Origin: an uncultured Coriobacteriia bacterium
GTDB lineage: Bacteria > Actinomycetota > Coriobacteriia > Anaerosomatales > PHET01
Length of the DNA: 64,000 nucleotides
NCBI GenBank assembly: GCA_942493275.1
Contig: OW818687.1
Location: 1,519,522 to 1,583,521, forward strand
Direction of reading: 5' to 3'
The notes under the pieces were generated by a model that saw nothing but the letters and a program-made list of their open reading frames with translations, had not been told where the DNA came from and did not search any database. Below, in pieces: positions 55,523-64,000 of the stretch (positions are counted from its first letter, which is position 1; each line of letters begins with the position of its first letter). The position numbers and the translations under genes are program-made.

Positions 55523-57298
55523 TTACTGCAGGCCCATCTCGGCAGCCGTCTCGGCCACGAAGTCGAAGACCGAGTCCAGATCCTCGTCACTCACTGAGAA
55601 CACCGCGTCGTGCGGCGGCAGCTTATCCTCGTAGAAGAACTTGGGCAGGCGGTCGTCGGCGGCGGTGAAGCCCGCGCGTGTGTTGTACATCCGCTCCATG
55701 GTCAGGACCTCTCGGCCGAGCTGCATGAGTGCGGCGGCGTCCCACTTCTCGCCGGTGTGCGCTTCGACCATCTCATGGATGGCGACGAACGCCTCCGGGA
55801 TGTCGAGAACCGGGAAGGCCACGAAGATGCACAGTCCGAGCGAATCGAGCATCGCCGTCGCAATCTGAAGGTTCTTCGACAAGACGGCCTGGCCCTCGGT
55901 CTTGAGCGGGTCGACGTCGCCGCCGACGCTCAGGATGTTCGAGGTGATCGTGTAGCCGGCGGTGTGGTCCGCTCCCATCGTCGAGGTCGCGTAGGTCACG
56001 CCGATGCCCTGGATCGGGCGCGGGTCGTAGGCCGGGAGCGCCTGATGCTTGACGACCGGGATGCGGGCAACGCCGTACTTGATGCCGGTTGCCTCCGCGC
56101 CGTCCCACAGCACGCGCAGCTCGTTATCCGGATCGAGACCCGCCTTGAGCGCGGCGAGCCCGCCCTCGGCGTCACCGAACTGCAGCGCGCCGGAGTCCAT
56201 GTAGACCGCCAGCGTGGCGCCCATCTCGATGGTGTCGAGGCCCAGATCGCCGCACGCGCGGTCCAGCTCCGCGATGGCGTCGAGGTCGCCGATGCCGCAG
56301 TCCGCGCCAAAGGACCAGGAGGTCTCGTACTCCGGACCCTTGGTCTTGTAGTGGCCATCCTTGTCGACCCAGTAGCGCGAGCACTGGATCACGCAGCCCG
56401 AGTGACAGCCGTGGCTGGCGTTGCCGCCGCGCGCGAGAATCGTCTCGCGCTGGGTCTCGCCGCCGATGGCGTCCGCGAACTCGAACGTACCCGCCGAGAA
56501 GTTGCGCGTCGGCAGGCCGCCGGCCTCGTTGAGGATGTTGGTGAGGACGTTGGTGCCATACATCGGCAGACCCGTACCGGAGACCGCATGCTCCTTCAGG
56601 GCCGTCGAGAAGCGCCTCGTTGCGGCCGTGAATGCTTCCTTGTCGGCGTGTCCGAGCGAGGTCGTGCCCGCGTAGGAGACGACGATGCCCTTGAGGCCCT
56701 TGGAGCCCATCACCGCGCCGAGTCCGCCGCGACCGGCGAATCGGTTGGGATAGCCCTTGGGGTCGGATACGGCGATGCCTGAGGCCTTCGCGAGCGCCTC
56801 GCCGGCCGGGCCGATGCTGATGGTCGAGTACTTGTCGCCCTCGGGACGCATTGCCTTGATCCCGTCGGCGACCTCGTAGTTGCCGAGACCCGCCCACTCG
56901 TCCACGCGCTCGAGCCGCGCAGAGCGATCGGCCTCGATAACGAGCAGGTAGCGTGCGTCCGGGTCGGACGGCACGCCCTCGACGACCACTGCCGCAAGCC
57001 CGATGCGCGCGAGCGCGTGGGCCGCCTGGCCGCCCGAGTTCGACTCCTTGATGCCGCCGGTGAGGGGGCTCTTCGCTCCCACCGACAGGCGTCCTCCATT
57101 GGGGGCGGTGGTGCCGCCGAGCGTGCCCGGCGCGAAGACGAGCTTGGCCCCCGGGCCGAGGGCATCGCAGTCCGCAGGAACCTCGTCGTAGATGATCGCG
57201 TCCGTAAGCGCGCGACCCCCGTAGCGCGCCCACGAGTCACGCACCGGCTCGATGGTCGCGGTCAGGTCCGTCATGTTGACTCGGAGTAGCTCTCTCAT
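55523..57298 (-). CDS. Aldehyde:ferredoxin oxidoreductase (tungsto/molybdopterin AOR family)
   Basis: MRELLRVNMTDLTATIEPV..., GGRALTDAII, SVGAKSPLTGGIKESNSGG, HGCHSGCVIQC (the 4Fe-4S Cys region) and DSLGLCIF. GGGAGGA precedes ATG 57298. The track start 57856 is an antisense extension over the nitroreductase gene. Confidence 0.9.
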   Translation of the reverse strand: MRELLRVNMTDLTATIEPVRDSWARYGGRALTDAIIYDEVPADCDALGPGAKLVFAPGTLGGTTAPNGGRLSVGAKSPLTGGIKESNSGGQAAHALARIGLAAVVVEGVPSDPDARYLLVIEADRSARLERVDEWAGLGNYEVADGIKAMRPEGDKYSTISIGPAGEALAKASGIAVSDPKGYPNRFAGRGGLGAVMGSKGLKGIVVSYAGTTSLGHADKEAFTAATRRFSTALKEHAVSGTGLPMYGTNVLTNILNEAGGLPTRNFSAGTFEFADAIGGETQRETILARGGNASHGCHSGCVIQCSRYWVDKDGHYKTKGPEYETSWSFGADCGIGDLDAIAELDRACGDLGLDTIEMGATLAVYMDSGALQFGDAEGGLAALKAGLDPDNELRVLWDGAEATGIKYGVARIPVVKHQALPAYDPRPIQGIGVTYATSTMGADHTAGYTITSNILSVGGDVDPLKTEGQAVLSKNLQIATAMLDSLGLCIFVAFPVLDIPEAFVAIHEMVEAHTGEKWDAAALMQLGREVLTMERMYNTRAGFTAADDRLPKFFYEDKLPPHDAVFSVSDEDLDSVFDFVAETAAEMGLQ

Positions 57299-57331
57299 CG
57301 GTCCTCCCAACAATGGAGTTGCTTTGCTACA

Positions 57332-57341
57332 GGTACGTACC
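57332..57341. promoter_or_regulatory. Perfect palindrome GGTACGTACC in the AOR/nitroreductase divergent region
   Basis: It sits 34 bp upstream of the AOR ATG and shares the GGTAC/GTACC half-sites with 54190..54203. Confidence 0.3.
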
Positions 57342-57406
57342 ACCGACGGGCTCATTAGTGACGGGTATGAACCTCCTGACCCGCCACCCCTCGCCCGGGA
57401 GACCCG

Positions 57407-58189
57407 ATGAACCCGACTCTGGACCTCATTGCGCGCCGCACATCGACGCGAGCGTTCACACCCGAACCCATCACCCCCTCCGAGAAGGACGCGATCCTCT
57501 CGGCCACGTTTCGCGCGCCCACTGCGGGCAATCTGATGCTGTACTCGATCATCGAGGTGACCGATCAGGGCATCAAAGACCGGCTCGCCGAGACCTGCGA
57601 CGACCAGCCCTTCATCGCGAAGGCTCCGTGGGTGCTCATCTTCCTGGCCGACTACCAGAAGTGGACCGACGTGTTCGCGCATTCGGACGTCGGGGCGCTC
57701 GAGGGGGTGGCCCACCGTTCGGCGCTTGGGGCGGGCGACCTGCTGCTTGCCTGCTCGGACGCGCTGATCGCCGCGCAGACTGCCGTCATCGCCGCGGAGT
57801 CGCTCGGCATCGGATCGTGCTACATCGGCGACGTGCTTGAGAACGGCGAGGAGCATGCACGTATGCTGGACTTACCCGAGCATGTGATTCCCATCGCCAT
57901 GCTGTGCTTCGGGAGAGCTGCAGTGGAGCGCGAGCCGGTAGCCCGCTACACGGAGGGCGTGGTCCACGTGAACCACTACCACCGGCTCGACGTCCAAGAC
58001 GTGGTGCACACGAATGCGGCACTCGAGGCGACGCATGCGCCGCACGGCTTGCCGCCCGGCGTGGCGAACTACGGGCAGCTGGTTTACAGACGCAAGTTCA
58101 CGGCGGAGTATCAGGCTGAGATGAACCGATCGGCGGCATGGTGGCTGGAGCGTTGGCAGTCCGGCCCGATCGAGGGGAGGGACCGATAG
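57407..58189 (+). CDS. Nitroreductase-family flavoprotein
   Basis: LIARRTSTRAFTPEPI, APTAGNLMLYSIIEV and ESLGIGSCYIG. Confidence 0.85.
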   Translation: MNPTLDLIARRTSTRAFTPEPITPSEKDAILSATFRAPTAGNLMLYSIIEVTDQGIKDRLAETCDDQPFIAKAPWVLIFLADYQKWTDVFAHSDVGALEGVAHRSALGAGDLLLACSDALIAAQTAVIAAESLGIGSCYIGDVLENGEEHARMLDLPEHVIPIAMLCFGRAAVEREPVARYTEGVVHVNHYHRLDVQDVVHTNAALEATHAPHGLPPGVANYGQLVYRRKFTAEYQAEMNRSAAWWLERWQSGPIEGRDR

Positions 58190-58202
58190 TGAGTTCAGCC
58201 CC

Positions 58203-58361
58203 ATGACGTCGACACTTATGGCCGGTCCGCAGGAAGCCATGGACCAGGAGGCGAAGTTCCTCTCAGCACTCGAAAAGACCAAGCGGTTCGAGATGCTCGA
58301 CAGGAAGCTCGTTCTCATGGATATGGGCAACAACACGCTCGTCGTAATGGTGCCGAAATAG
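58203..58361 (+). pseudogene. 52-codon ORF resembling only the C-terminal half of a META (HslJ-like) domain; possible gene remnant
   Basis: Below the track's length cutoff. My translation is MTSTLMAGPQEAMDQEAKFLSALEKTKRFEMLDRKLVLMDMGNNTLVVMVPK*. Compare the META pattern T.MAC.....E..F...L......E.....L.L.......L.F. I saw no convincing SD. Confidence 0.3.
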
Positions 58362-58404
58362 CGCGCAGGCTCTCGCGCTCGACAGGAACGCGCGGTCGCA
58401 CAAC

Positions 58405-60177
58405 ATGATCAACCTCAGGGAACGCACGCGGCTCAGCAGGGCTCTGAACGACATCGACATCCGGATCCACTCGAATCTCGGGTCGGACGAGATCCTTCAG
58501 TCCGCGCTCGACGGGTTTGTCGAGGCGCTTGATGCCGATGCCGGTGACATCAAGCTGTTCGAGGGCGACGAGTGGGTCGTCCGCTACCAGCGCGGATTCA
58601 GCGCCGATGAAGTGGGTCTGACCCTCAGCATTCCCAACGCGCCCGTGGCCGAGGAGGTGAGACGGCTCGGAGAGCCCGTGGTCATCTCGGACTATCTGGG
58701 GCAGGACGTGATCCCCTTCGTCGGCTTCCCTGAGCGCCACGGCTTGCGCTCCACGATCGCCGTGCCGTTGGTCGCGCGAGGGAAGGTGACCGGCGCCCTC
58801 TTCGCGTGGATGCGCGAACCCCATAAGGCCACAGAGGCCGAGGTCGACTTCGCGAGAAGGATGGCCGCGTCGGTTGCGCTGGCGCTCGAGAACTCCCGGC
58901 TCTACGAGGCTGAGCGCGCCGCGCGCGAGCGCGCTGAGGCGGCCGAGAATCGGCTGGAGCTGCAACTCGGACGGACCCAGGTGCTGCTGAAGGCGTCCGA
59001 CGAGCTCACGAGCACCATCGACACCGACGAACTGATGGAGCGCCTCGCTCACGTGGTGCTGGAGGCGACGGGCATCTCCCGCGCTTTCGTGAACCTGATC
59101 GACATGGGCAGGGGCGTGCTGATTCCCAAGGTCGCCACCAGCGGACTCAATGCACTCGCGGGTGAAGCGATCCCTCTTGAAGACCTGAGTTGGACGTCGT
59201 TTCGGGCGATACAGAAGAGGCGGACCTCGCTGCTCGACTACGACGAACCCGAGATTCCCGTGCGCGATCGCGAGATTGCTAACGCGAACCAAGCACGACT
59301 CGTGCTGTTCGTCCCTTTGCTGCACCGGGGCGAGGTGACAGGCCACATCTCCCTGGACGAGCCGGGTGAGCGCTACGAGTTCACCCCCGAGCAGGTCCGT
59401 ACCGTCGAGGGCATCGCGGCAATCGCGTCGATAGCGCTCGAGAACTCGCGACAGTACGCGCGGGAGCATCGAATCGCCGAGACGCTCCAGCAGGCGCTGA
59501 TCACTCCGCCGGAGCCGATCGATGGAATCAAGGTCGCGACCGTCTATCAGCCGGCGTCAATGAGCTCCCGTGTGGGCGGTGACTTCTACGACGTGGTCGA
59601 ACTCGACGGCGGCCACCTGGCGCTCGTCGTGGGTGACGTCGCGGGCAAAGGCATCGTCGCTGCCCAGGTCACCGCGCTGATGCGCGACGGAATCCGCGCT
59701 TACCTCCTCGAGTCCTTCGACCCCGCGATGTGCTTCACCCGACTTAACACGCTCGCGTTCCGGTTCACGCCGGTGGGCAAGTTCGCGACCGCGTTTCTGG
59801 GAGTGCTCGACCGGTCCGACGGTGCGTTCCAGTACTGCAACGCCGGTCATCCCAGCCCGCTTGTGGTGGGAGAGGGCGGCGTGCGGATGCTGGGACAGCA
59901 CTGCGCGATTCTCGGTGCTTTCGAGGAAGTCCCCTATGACGTGAGTGTCGAGTCGCTCGCGCCCGGCGAGGTGTTCGTGGCGGTCACCGACGGCGTGACG
60001 GAGGCGCGACGCGGATCCGAGCTGTTCGGTCACGAGAGACTCGCCGACGCCCTGAAGCGCTTGCACGGCACCCCTCTCGAGGAGCTCCCCGACGCTCTTC
60101 TTAGCGAAGTCCTCGAGTACGCGGGTGGTCGCCTTCACGACGACGTCGTCATCATGTGCATCGCGCGCGAGGACTGA
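58405..60177 (+). CDS. GAF-GAF-PP2C (SpoIIE-type) serine phosphatase
   Basis: Two GAF-like regions are followed by SSRVGGDFYDVVELDGGHLALVVGDVAGKGIVAA, NAGHPSPLV and TDGVTEAR..DDVVIMCI. Confidence 0.85.
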   Translation: MINLRERTRLSRALNDIDIRIHSNLGSDEILQSALDGFVEALDADAGDIKLFEGDEWVVRYQRGFSADEVGLTLSIPNAPVAEEVRRLGEPVVISDYLGQDVIPFVGFPERHGLRSTIAVPLVARGKVTGALFAWMREPHKATEAEVDFARRMAASVALALENSRLYEAERAARERAEAAENRLELQLGRTQVLLKASDELTSTIDTDELMERLAHVVLEATGISRAFVNLIDMGRGVLIPKVATSGLNALAGEAIPLEDLSWTSFRAIQKRRTSLLDYDEPEIPVRDREIANANQARLVLFVPLLHRGEVTGHISLDEPGERYEFTPEQVRTVEGIAAIASIALENSRQYAREHRIAETLQQALITPPEPIDGIKVATVYQPASMSSRVGGDFYDVVELDGGHLALVVGDVAGKGIVAAQVTALMRDGIRAYLLESFDPAMCFTRLNTLAFRFTPVGKFATAFLGVLDRSDGAFQYCNAGHPSPLVVGEGGVRMLGQHCAILGAFEEVPYDVSVESLAPGEVFVAVTDGVTEARRGSELFGHERLADALKRLHGTPLEELPDALLSEVLEYAGGRLHDDVVIMCIARED

Positions 60178-60247
60178 CGCGCCGCATTCGCCCACATGTC
60201 GCACCCCTCAGCTACACTGCCCCAAGTCGACTGACGAGAGGGCCCGC

Positions 60248-62056
60248 GTGACCGTGCGCACCACCACCATCGATACCACGCTTGCCGAAATATTCGGCTA
60301 CGACAGTTTCCGCCCGCATCAGCGCGAGATCGTCGAGCGCGTCGTGGCGGGCGGAGACGCGTTCGTGCTGATGCCCACCGGCGGCGGCAAGTCGCTGTGT
60401 TTCCAGGTGCCCGCACTCCATCGTGACGGCATTGCTGTTGTGGTCTCGCCGCTCATCTCGCTGATGAAGGACCAGGTAGACGCCCTGCGGGCCAACGGAG
60501 TGTCCGCGGCCTGCCTCAACTCCTCGCTTTCCGCCGAGGAGGCGTCCGCCGTCCTGCACGACGTGCGCTCGGGCGCGCTCGACCTGCTGTACTGCGCCCC
60601 GGAGCGCCTCATGCTGCCGGGCACACTCGAGCTGCTTCACGGCGTGCGGGTCTCACTTTTCGCGATCGACGAGGCGCACTGCGTCTCGCAGTGGGGCCAC
60701 GACTTCCGCCCCGAGTACGTGCAGCTCGCCCGACTTCGGGAGCTCTTCCCCGGCGTCCCCTTCATCGCGCTCACGGCGACCGCTGACGACACCACGCTCC
60801 AAGACGTCCGCGCTCGCCTCGGCCTGCTCGACGCGCCGGTCTTCTCGGCGGGGTTCGACCGGCCCAACATCCGCTACACCGTCGTCGAGAAGCACGACGC
60901 GATCGGGCAGCTCAAACGCTTCGTCGCCGAGAAACCCGGGCAGTCCGGCATCGTGTACTGCCTTACGCGCAAGCGGGTCGAGCAGGTCGCGGCGAAGTTG
61001 AAGGCCGCCGGCGTGAAGTCCGGTGCGTACCACGCGGGGATGAACGCGGATGCTCGGACGCGCGTGCAAGACGCGTTTCTCGGCGACCGACTCGACGTCG
61101 TAGTGGCCACCGTCGCCTTCGGGATGGGCATCGACAAGCCCGATGTGCGGTTCGTGGTCCACTTCGACTGCCCCAAAAACATCGAAGGCTATTACCAGGA
61201 GACCGGCCGAGCCGGGCGCGACAACGCGCCTGCCGAGGCGCTGCTGCTCTTTGGTCTGCAAGACGTCGTCACCGCACGAAGCCTCATCATGCGCAGCGGC
61301 AATGCCGACCAGGTACGCATCGAGACCCACAAGCTCGACGCTATGGTGGCGATGGCCGAGGCCGTCACCTGCCGGCGACGCGTGCTGCTCGGATACTTCG
61401 GCGAGCCGCTCGAACAGGACTGCGGCAACTGCGACGTGTGTCTGGACCCGCCCGAGGTCTACGACGGTACGGTCGACGCCCAGAAGGCGCTCTCAGCGGT
61501 CTACCGGCTGAGGGAAAGCTTCGGGATCGCCCACGTGATCGATGTGTTGAGGGGCGCCCAGACCGAGAAGATCGTGCGACTCGGGCACGAGGCCCTTTCC
61601 GTCTACGGGATCGGCGCTGAGCACTCACACGACGACTGGAGCAGCATCCTGCGCCAGCTCATCCACCGCGGCTACCTGATGCAGGACATCGCTCGCTACA
61701 ACGTGCTGCGCCTCACGCCCAAGGCGACGCCGGTCCTGCGCGGAGAAGAGCCGGTGGAGCTTGCCCGGCCGCGAGCGAAGGTCGCGAAGCCAGCCGAGCA
61801 GAGGAAGGCGAAGGGCGCCGCGGGGTTCCAGCTCGCTGCCGAAGACGAGGAGTTGTTCGATCGACTTCGCGAGATGCGCCGCGTTATCGCCGCCGAGATG
61901 AGCGTGCCCGCGTACGTGGTGTTCGGCGACAAGACGCTCGCGGGAATCGCTGCGGCGCGGCCGACGTCCCACGAGGAGCTGCTTGCGGTCAGTGGCGTGG
62001 GTCAGGCGAAGCTCGATCGCTACGGCACGCAGGTTCTGGCGGTCGTGGGGGAGTAG
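60248..62056 (+). CDS. recQ: ATP-dependent DNA helicase RecQ
   Basis: FGYDSFRPHQREIV, MPTGGGKSLCFQVPA, FAIDEAHCVSQWGHDFRPEY, a Zn-finger CGNCDVC, and a C-terminal HRDC domain. GTG 60248 follows GAGAGGG, so the track start 60125 is rejected. Confidence 0.9.
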   Translation: MTVRTTTIDTTLAEIFGYDSFRPHQREIVERVVAGGDAFVLMPTGGGKSLCFQVPALHRDGIAVVVSPLISLMKDQVDALRANGVSAACLNSSLSAEEASAVLHDVRSGALDLLYCAPERLMLPGTLELLHGVRVSLFAIDEAHCVSQWGHDFRPEYVQLARLRELFPGVPFIALTATADDTTLQDVRARLGLLDAPVFSAGFDRPNIRYTVVEKHDAIGQLKRFVAEKPGQSGIVYCLTRKRVEQVAAKLKAAGVKSGAYHAGMNADARTRVQDAFLGDRLDVVVATVAFGMGIDKPDVRFVVHFDCPKNIEGYYQETGRAGRDNAPAEALLLFGLQDVVTARSLIMRSGNADQVRIETHKLDAMVAMAEAVTCRRRVLLGYFGEPLEQDCGNCDVCLDPPEVYDGTVDAQKALSAVYRLRESFGIAHVIDVLRGAQTEKIVRLGHEALSVYGIGAEHSHDDWSSILRQLIHRGYLMQDIARYNVLRLTPKATPVLRGEEPVELARPRAKVAKPAEQRKAKGAAGFQLAAEDEELFDRLREMRRVIAAEMSVPAYVVFGDKTLAGIAAARPTSHEELLAVSGVGQAKLDRYGTQVLAVVGE

Positions 62057-62076
62057 CCTTTCGGTGGCGCACGGCC

Positions 62077-62110
62077 AGGGCCCGGCGACCACATTCGGTC
62101 ACCGGGCCCT
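62077..62110. terminator. Bidirectional hairpin between convergent recQ and the Ig-like gene
   Basis: AGGGCCCGGCGACC (62077..62090) pairs with GGTCACCGGGCCCT (62097..62110). There is one mismatch and a 6-nt loop. Confidence 0.5.
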
Positions 62111-62132
62111 CTGTTCGTGCGATGCGGGCGGA

Positions 62133-63410
62133 TCAGCGCCGCGGAAGCAGCGTGAACAGCACGCTCTCGGCGGGCGTGTCCACGGTGAAACGCACCGGCA
62201 CGGCGCGCTTGAACCCGCGGGCGGAGGTGCTCACAGAGTAGGAGCCGTACGTCAGGCCAGTGAAGTCGGCGGTGCCGTCGGCCTTCGTCTTGATTACGTA
62301 GTTGGTTCCGGTGGTGAGGTTACGCAGCACGACCTTCGCGCCGACCACGGGGGTGCCGGTGACCGAGTTGACGGTGATCTCAACGTCGCTCTTCGTGCTC
62401 ACAGGCGGAGGCGGAGGTGTTGCGATGGAGACGGGGATCGAGGTGTTCGCCGTGAGGCCGGCACCGTCGACCGCCACGACCTGGATCGTGTGCGAGCCGG
62501 GCGCGGCGCTGGTGGCGTTCCACACGCCGCTGTACGGGGCGGTGGTGTCGCTGCCGACGAGCACGCCGTCGACCTTGAAGTCCACGCGGGCGATGCCGCT
62601 CATGTCATCGGTGGCGTTCGCCGAGATCGTCACGTTGCCGGCGACGGTCGCGCCGCTGGCGGGCGAGGTGATCGTGACCACCGGGACAGTGCTATCGACG
62701 GGAGGGGGAGGCGGCGGCGAAGCGATCGAGACCGCAATGGAAGCGGTCGACGAGAGACCCACGCCGTCGAACGCCTTCGCCTGTACGGTGTGCGAGCCCG
62801 GTGCGGCGAGCGTGGCGTCCCACAGGCCCGTGTACGGGGCGGTGGTGTCGGTGCCGACGAGCACGCCGTCGACCCTGAACTCGACGCGGGCGATGCCGCT
62901 CATGTTGTCGGCGGCGTTCGCGGTCAGCGGAACGAGGCCGGAGACGGTGGCGCCGCTAACGGGCGCGGTCACAGCCACGGTGGGAGCCGTGGTATCGGCG
63001 GGGGGAGGGGGAGGAGGAGGGGGAGGGGGAGCCGCGGGGCTCACGGTGATGGAGTTGGAGCCGTTGCCACCACTGCCGGCGGCGCCCCACACGGTGTAGG
63101 TCTTGCCTACGGCGACCGTGAAGGAGCCCGCGCCGTAGCCGTTGCGTACGTTGGTGGCGCCGTCAAAGACGGTCCAGCCGGTGACGCCGTCGTTCCAGGG
63201 ATTCGAGACGCTCACGCTGTAGGTGGCATTCACGCCGTCGTTGGCGGTCTGGGTCGCCGTCACGACGATTGCGGTGTTGCGATCGTGGCACCCGGTGCAG
63301 GCGCTCGTCCTACTGGGGAACGCTGATGCGACGGTTGCCGTGCCGACGATCGCCGCTGCGGCGATGCCGGCGACAGCGAGCGTCGCTAGTCTTCGAGTCG
63401 TACCGGTCAC
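62133..63410 (-). CDS. Secreted protein: CxxCH-containing N-domain, two Ig-like (Big) domains separated by poly-Pro linkers, and a carboxypeptidase-regulatory-like C-domain
   Basis: GTG 63410 lies 6 nt after a perfect AAGGAGG, so the track start 63506 is rejected. The signal TTRRLATLAVAGIAAAAIVGTATVASA is Tat-like. Two 100-aa copies read SGATV.G.V...ANA.D.MSGIARV.F.VDGVLVG.DTTAPY.G.W.AT.AAPGSHT. The linkers are PPPPPPPPPPP, PPPPPP and PPPPP. Confidence 0.8.
   Translation of the reverse strand: MTGTTRRLATLAVAGIAAAAIVGTATVASAFPSRTSACTGCHDRNTAIVVTATQTANDGVNATYSVSVSNPWNDGVTGWTVFDGATNVRNGYGAGSFTVAVGKTYTVWGAAGSGGNGSNSITVSPAAPPPPPPPPPPADTTAPTVAVTAPVSGATVSGLVPLTANAADNMSGIARVEFRVDGVLVGTDTTAPYTGLWDATLAAPGSHTVQAKAFDGVGLSSTASIAVSIASPPPPPPVDSTVPVVTITSPASGATVAGNVTISANATDDMSGIARVDFKVDGVLVGSDTTAPYSGVWNATSAAPGSHTIQVVAVDGAGLTANTSIPVSIATPPPPPVSTKSDVEITVNSVTGTPVVGAKVVLRNLTTGTNYVIKTKADGTADFTGLTYGSYSVSTSARGFKRAVPVRFTVDTPAESVLFTLLPRR
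62410..63010 (-). repeat. Two tandem 300-bp coding repeats (Ig-like domain + Pro linker)
   Basis: GTGTGCGAGCC starts at 62488 and 62788, exactly 300 bp apart, with extended DNA similarity. Confidence 0.8.
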
Positions 63411-63679
63411 AGTGGACCTCCTTGCATTGCAGATCTCATTTTGTCGGTACCGGAGCCGGCCGGTGCGTCCGGTAACCATGTCTTGGTTATCTTCGGTGGC
63501 TAGCATTAGAGGAACATGAGAGCCACGTGAGAGAACCCGAGTGAACGGGGCAGGCCGCCAACCGCCTTGGTGTCAGCCGGTTCACACTTCGCGACGACTT
63601 GGCGCGCCTCGCGCTACACTCTCCCTCGATGTGACCGCTCCGCCCCCACGCCGGGCGTCTTACGAAAAGGCCTCTTCGC

Positions 63680-64000
63680 ATGCCCGATCCCGACATGCCC
63701 GAGTTGAGAACCGCCCGCCGCCGCGGTGCGCCGAAGCGCGCTCCCAAGCGAGTTGCCGGGCGTCGCCGCGGCGTCATCGTCGCACTCGTGGCGCTGCTCG
63801 TACTCATCGTCCTGGCCGGCGCTGCTGCCTTCGCGGGTTGGTACCTGCTCCTGGTTCCTGACACCGAGATTGCACCGGGCGAGCCGGTCGAGGTCACCAT
63901 CGCGAAGGGCTCGGGCACCGAGGCCATCGGCGAGCAGCTGTCCCGCGCAGGCGTGGTCCCCAACGCACTCATGTTCCGCGTGAAGGCGCGTCTCGACGAG
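63680..64000 (+). CDS. mltG: Endolytic murein transglycosylase (YceG/MltG-like), N-terminal part; continues beyond the window
   Basis: Not in the track because it runs off the edge. My translation is MPDPDMPELRTARRRGAPKRAPKRVAGRRRGVIVALVALLVLIVLAGAAAFAGWYLLLVPDTEIAPGEPVEVTIAKGSGTEAIGEQLSRAGVVPNALMFRVKARLDE. The basic tail, single TM and 'I..G.s...I...L...GV' are typical of MltG. Confidence 0.6.
   Translation, partial: MPDPDMPELRTARRRGAPKRAPKRVAGRRRGVIVALVALLVLIVLAGAAAFAGWYLLLVPDTEIAPGEPVEVTIAKGSGTEAIGEQLSRAGVVPNALMFRVKARLDE

Overview
GC-rich, densely packed bacterial chromosome segment with about 47 protein genes. The cell-wall-binding-2 (CWB2) surface proteins, the tungsten-type aldehyde oxidoreductase and the gene content suggest an anaerobic high-GC Gram-positive (Actinomycetota-like) organism; that is inference only. 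I recognised no rRNA, tRNA, CRISPR array, transposase or integrase. Left to right:
(1) A divergent pair of RyR-domain genes, one translationally coupled to a DUF4062(TIR-like)-NACHT-TPR STAND NTPase.
(2) Two large secreted CWB2-anchored proteins: a 21-blade RCC1 protein and a beta-helix protein.
(3) An AbrB/PIN toxin-antitoxin pair.
(4) The histidine-utilisation genes hutG / hutH-hutU-hutI.
(5) A nine-gene chemosensory operon: STAS-cheY-cheA-cheW-mcp-cheR-HEAT-cheR-cheB. It is preceded by a coupled LuxR-like / PAS-GGDEF-EAL pair.
(6) Small redox and housekeeping genes: NifX-like, OsmC, rhodanese, hydrolase, OYE.
(7) A third CWB2 protein, an aminotransferase and a PadR-UbiB operon.
(8) A 2708-aa CWB2-anchored giant protein built from hierarchical tandem repeats.
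(9) An SNF transporter, then an AOR-MoaD-ThiF cluster with an extra beta-grasp gene.
(10) Nitroreductase, GAF-PP2C phosphatase, recQ, an Ig-like surface protein and the start of mltG.
The best candidate for an undescribed system is the RyR / RyR / TIR-like-NACHT-TPR module at 1..6207. Second is the HEAT-repeat-containing Che cluster with its degenerate c-di-GMP partner. Third is the CWB2 giant-protein repertoire. All family calls come from reading motifs by eye; no database search was run. Many ORF-track starts are over-extended, and I re-set them from Shine-Dalgarno spacing and overlaps with neighbouring genes.
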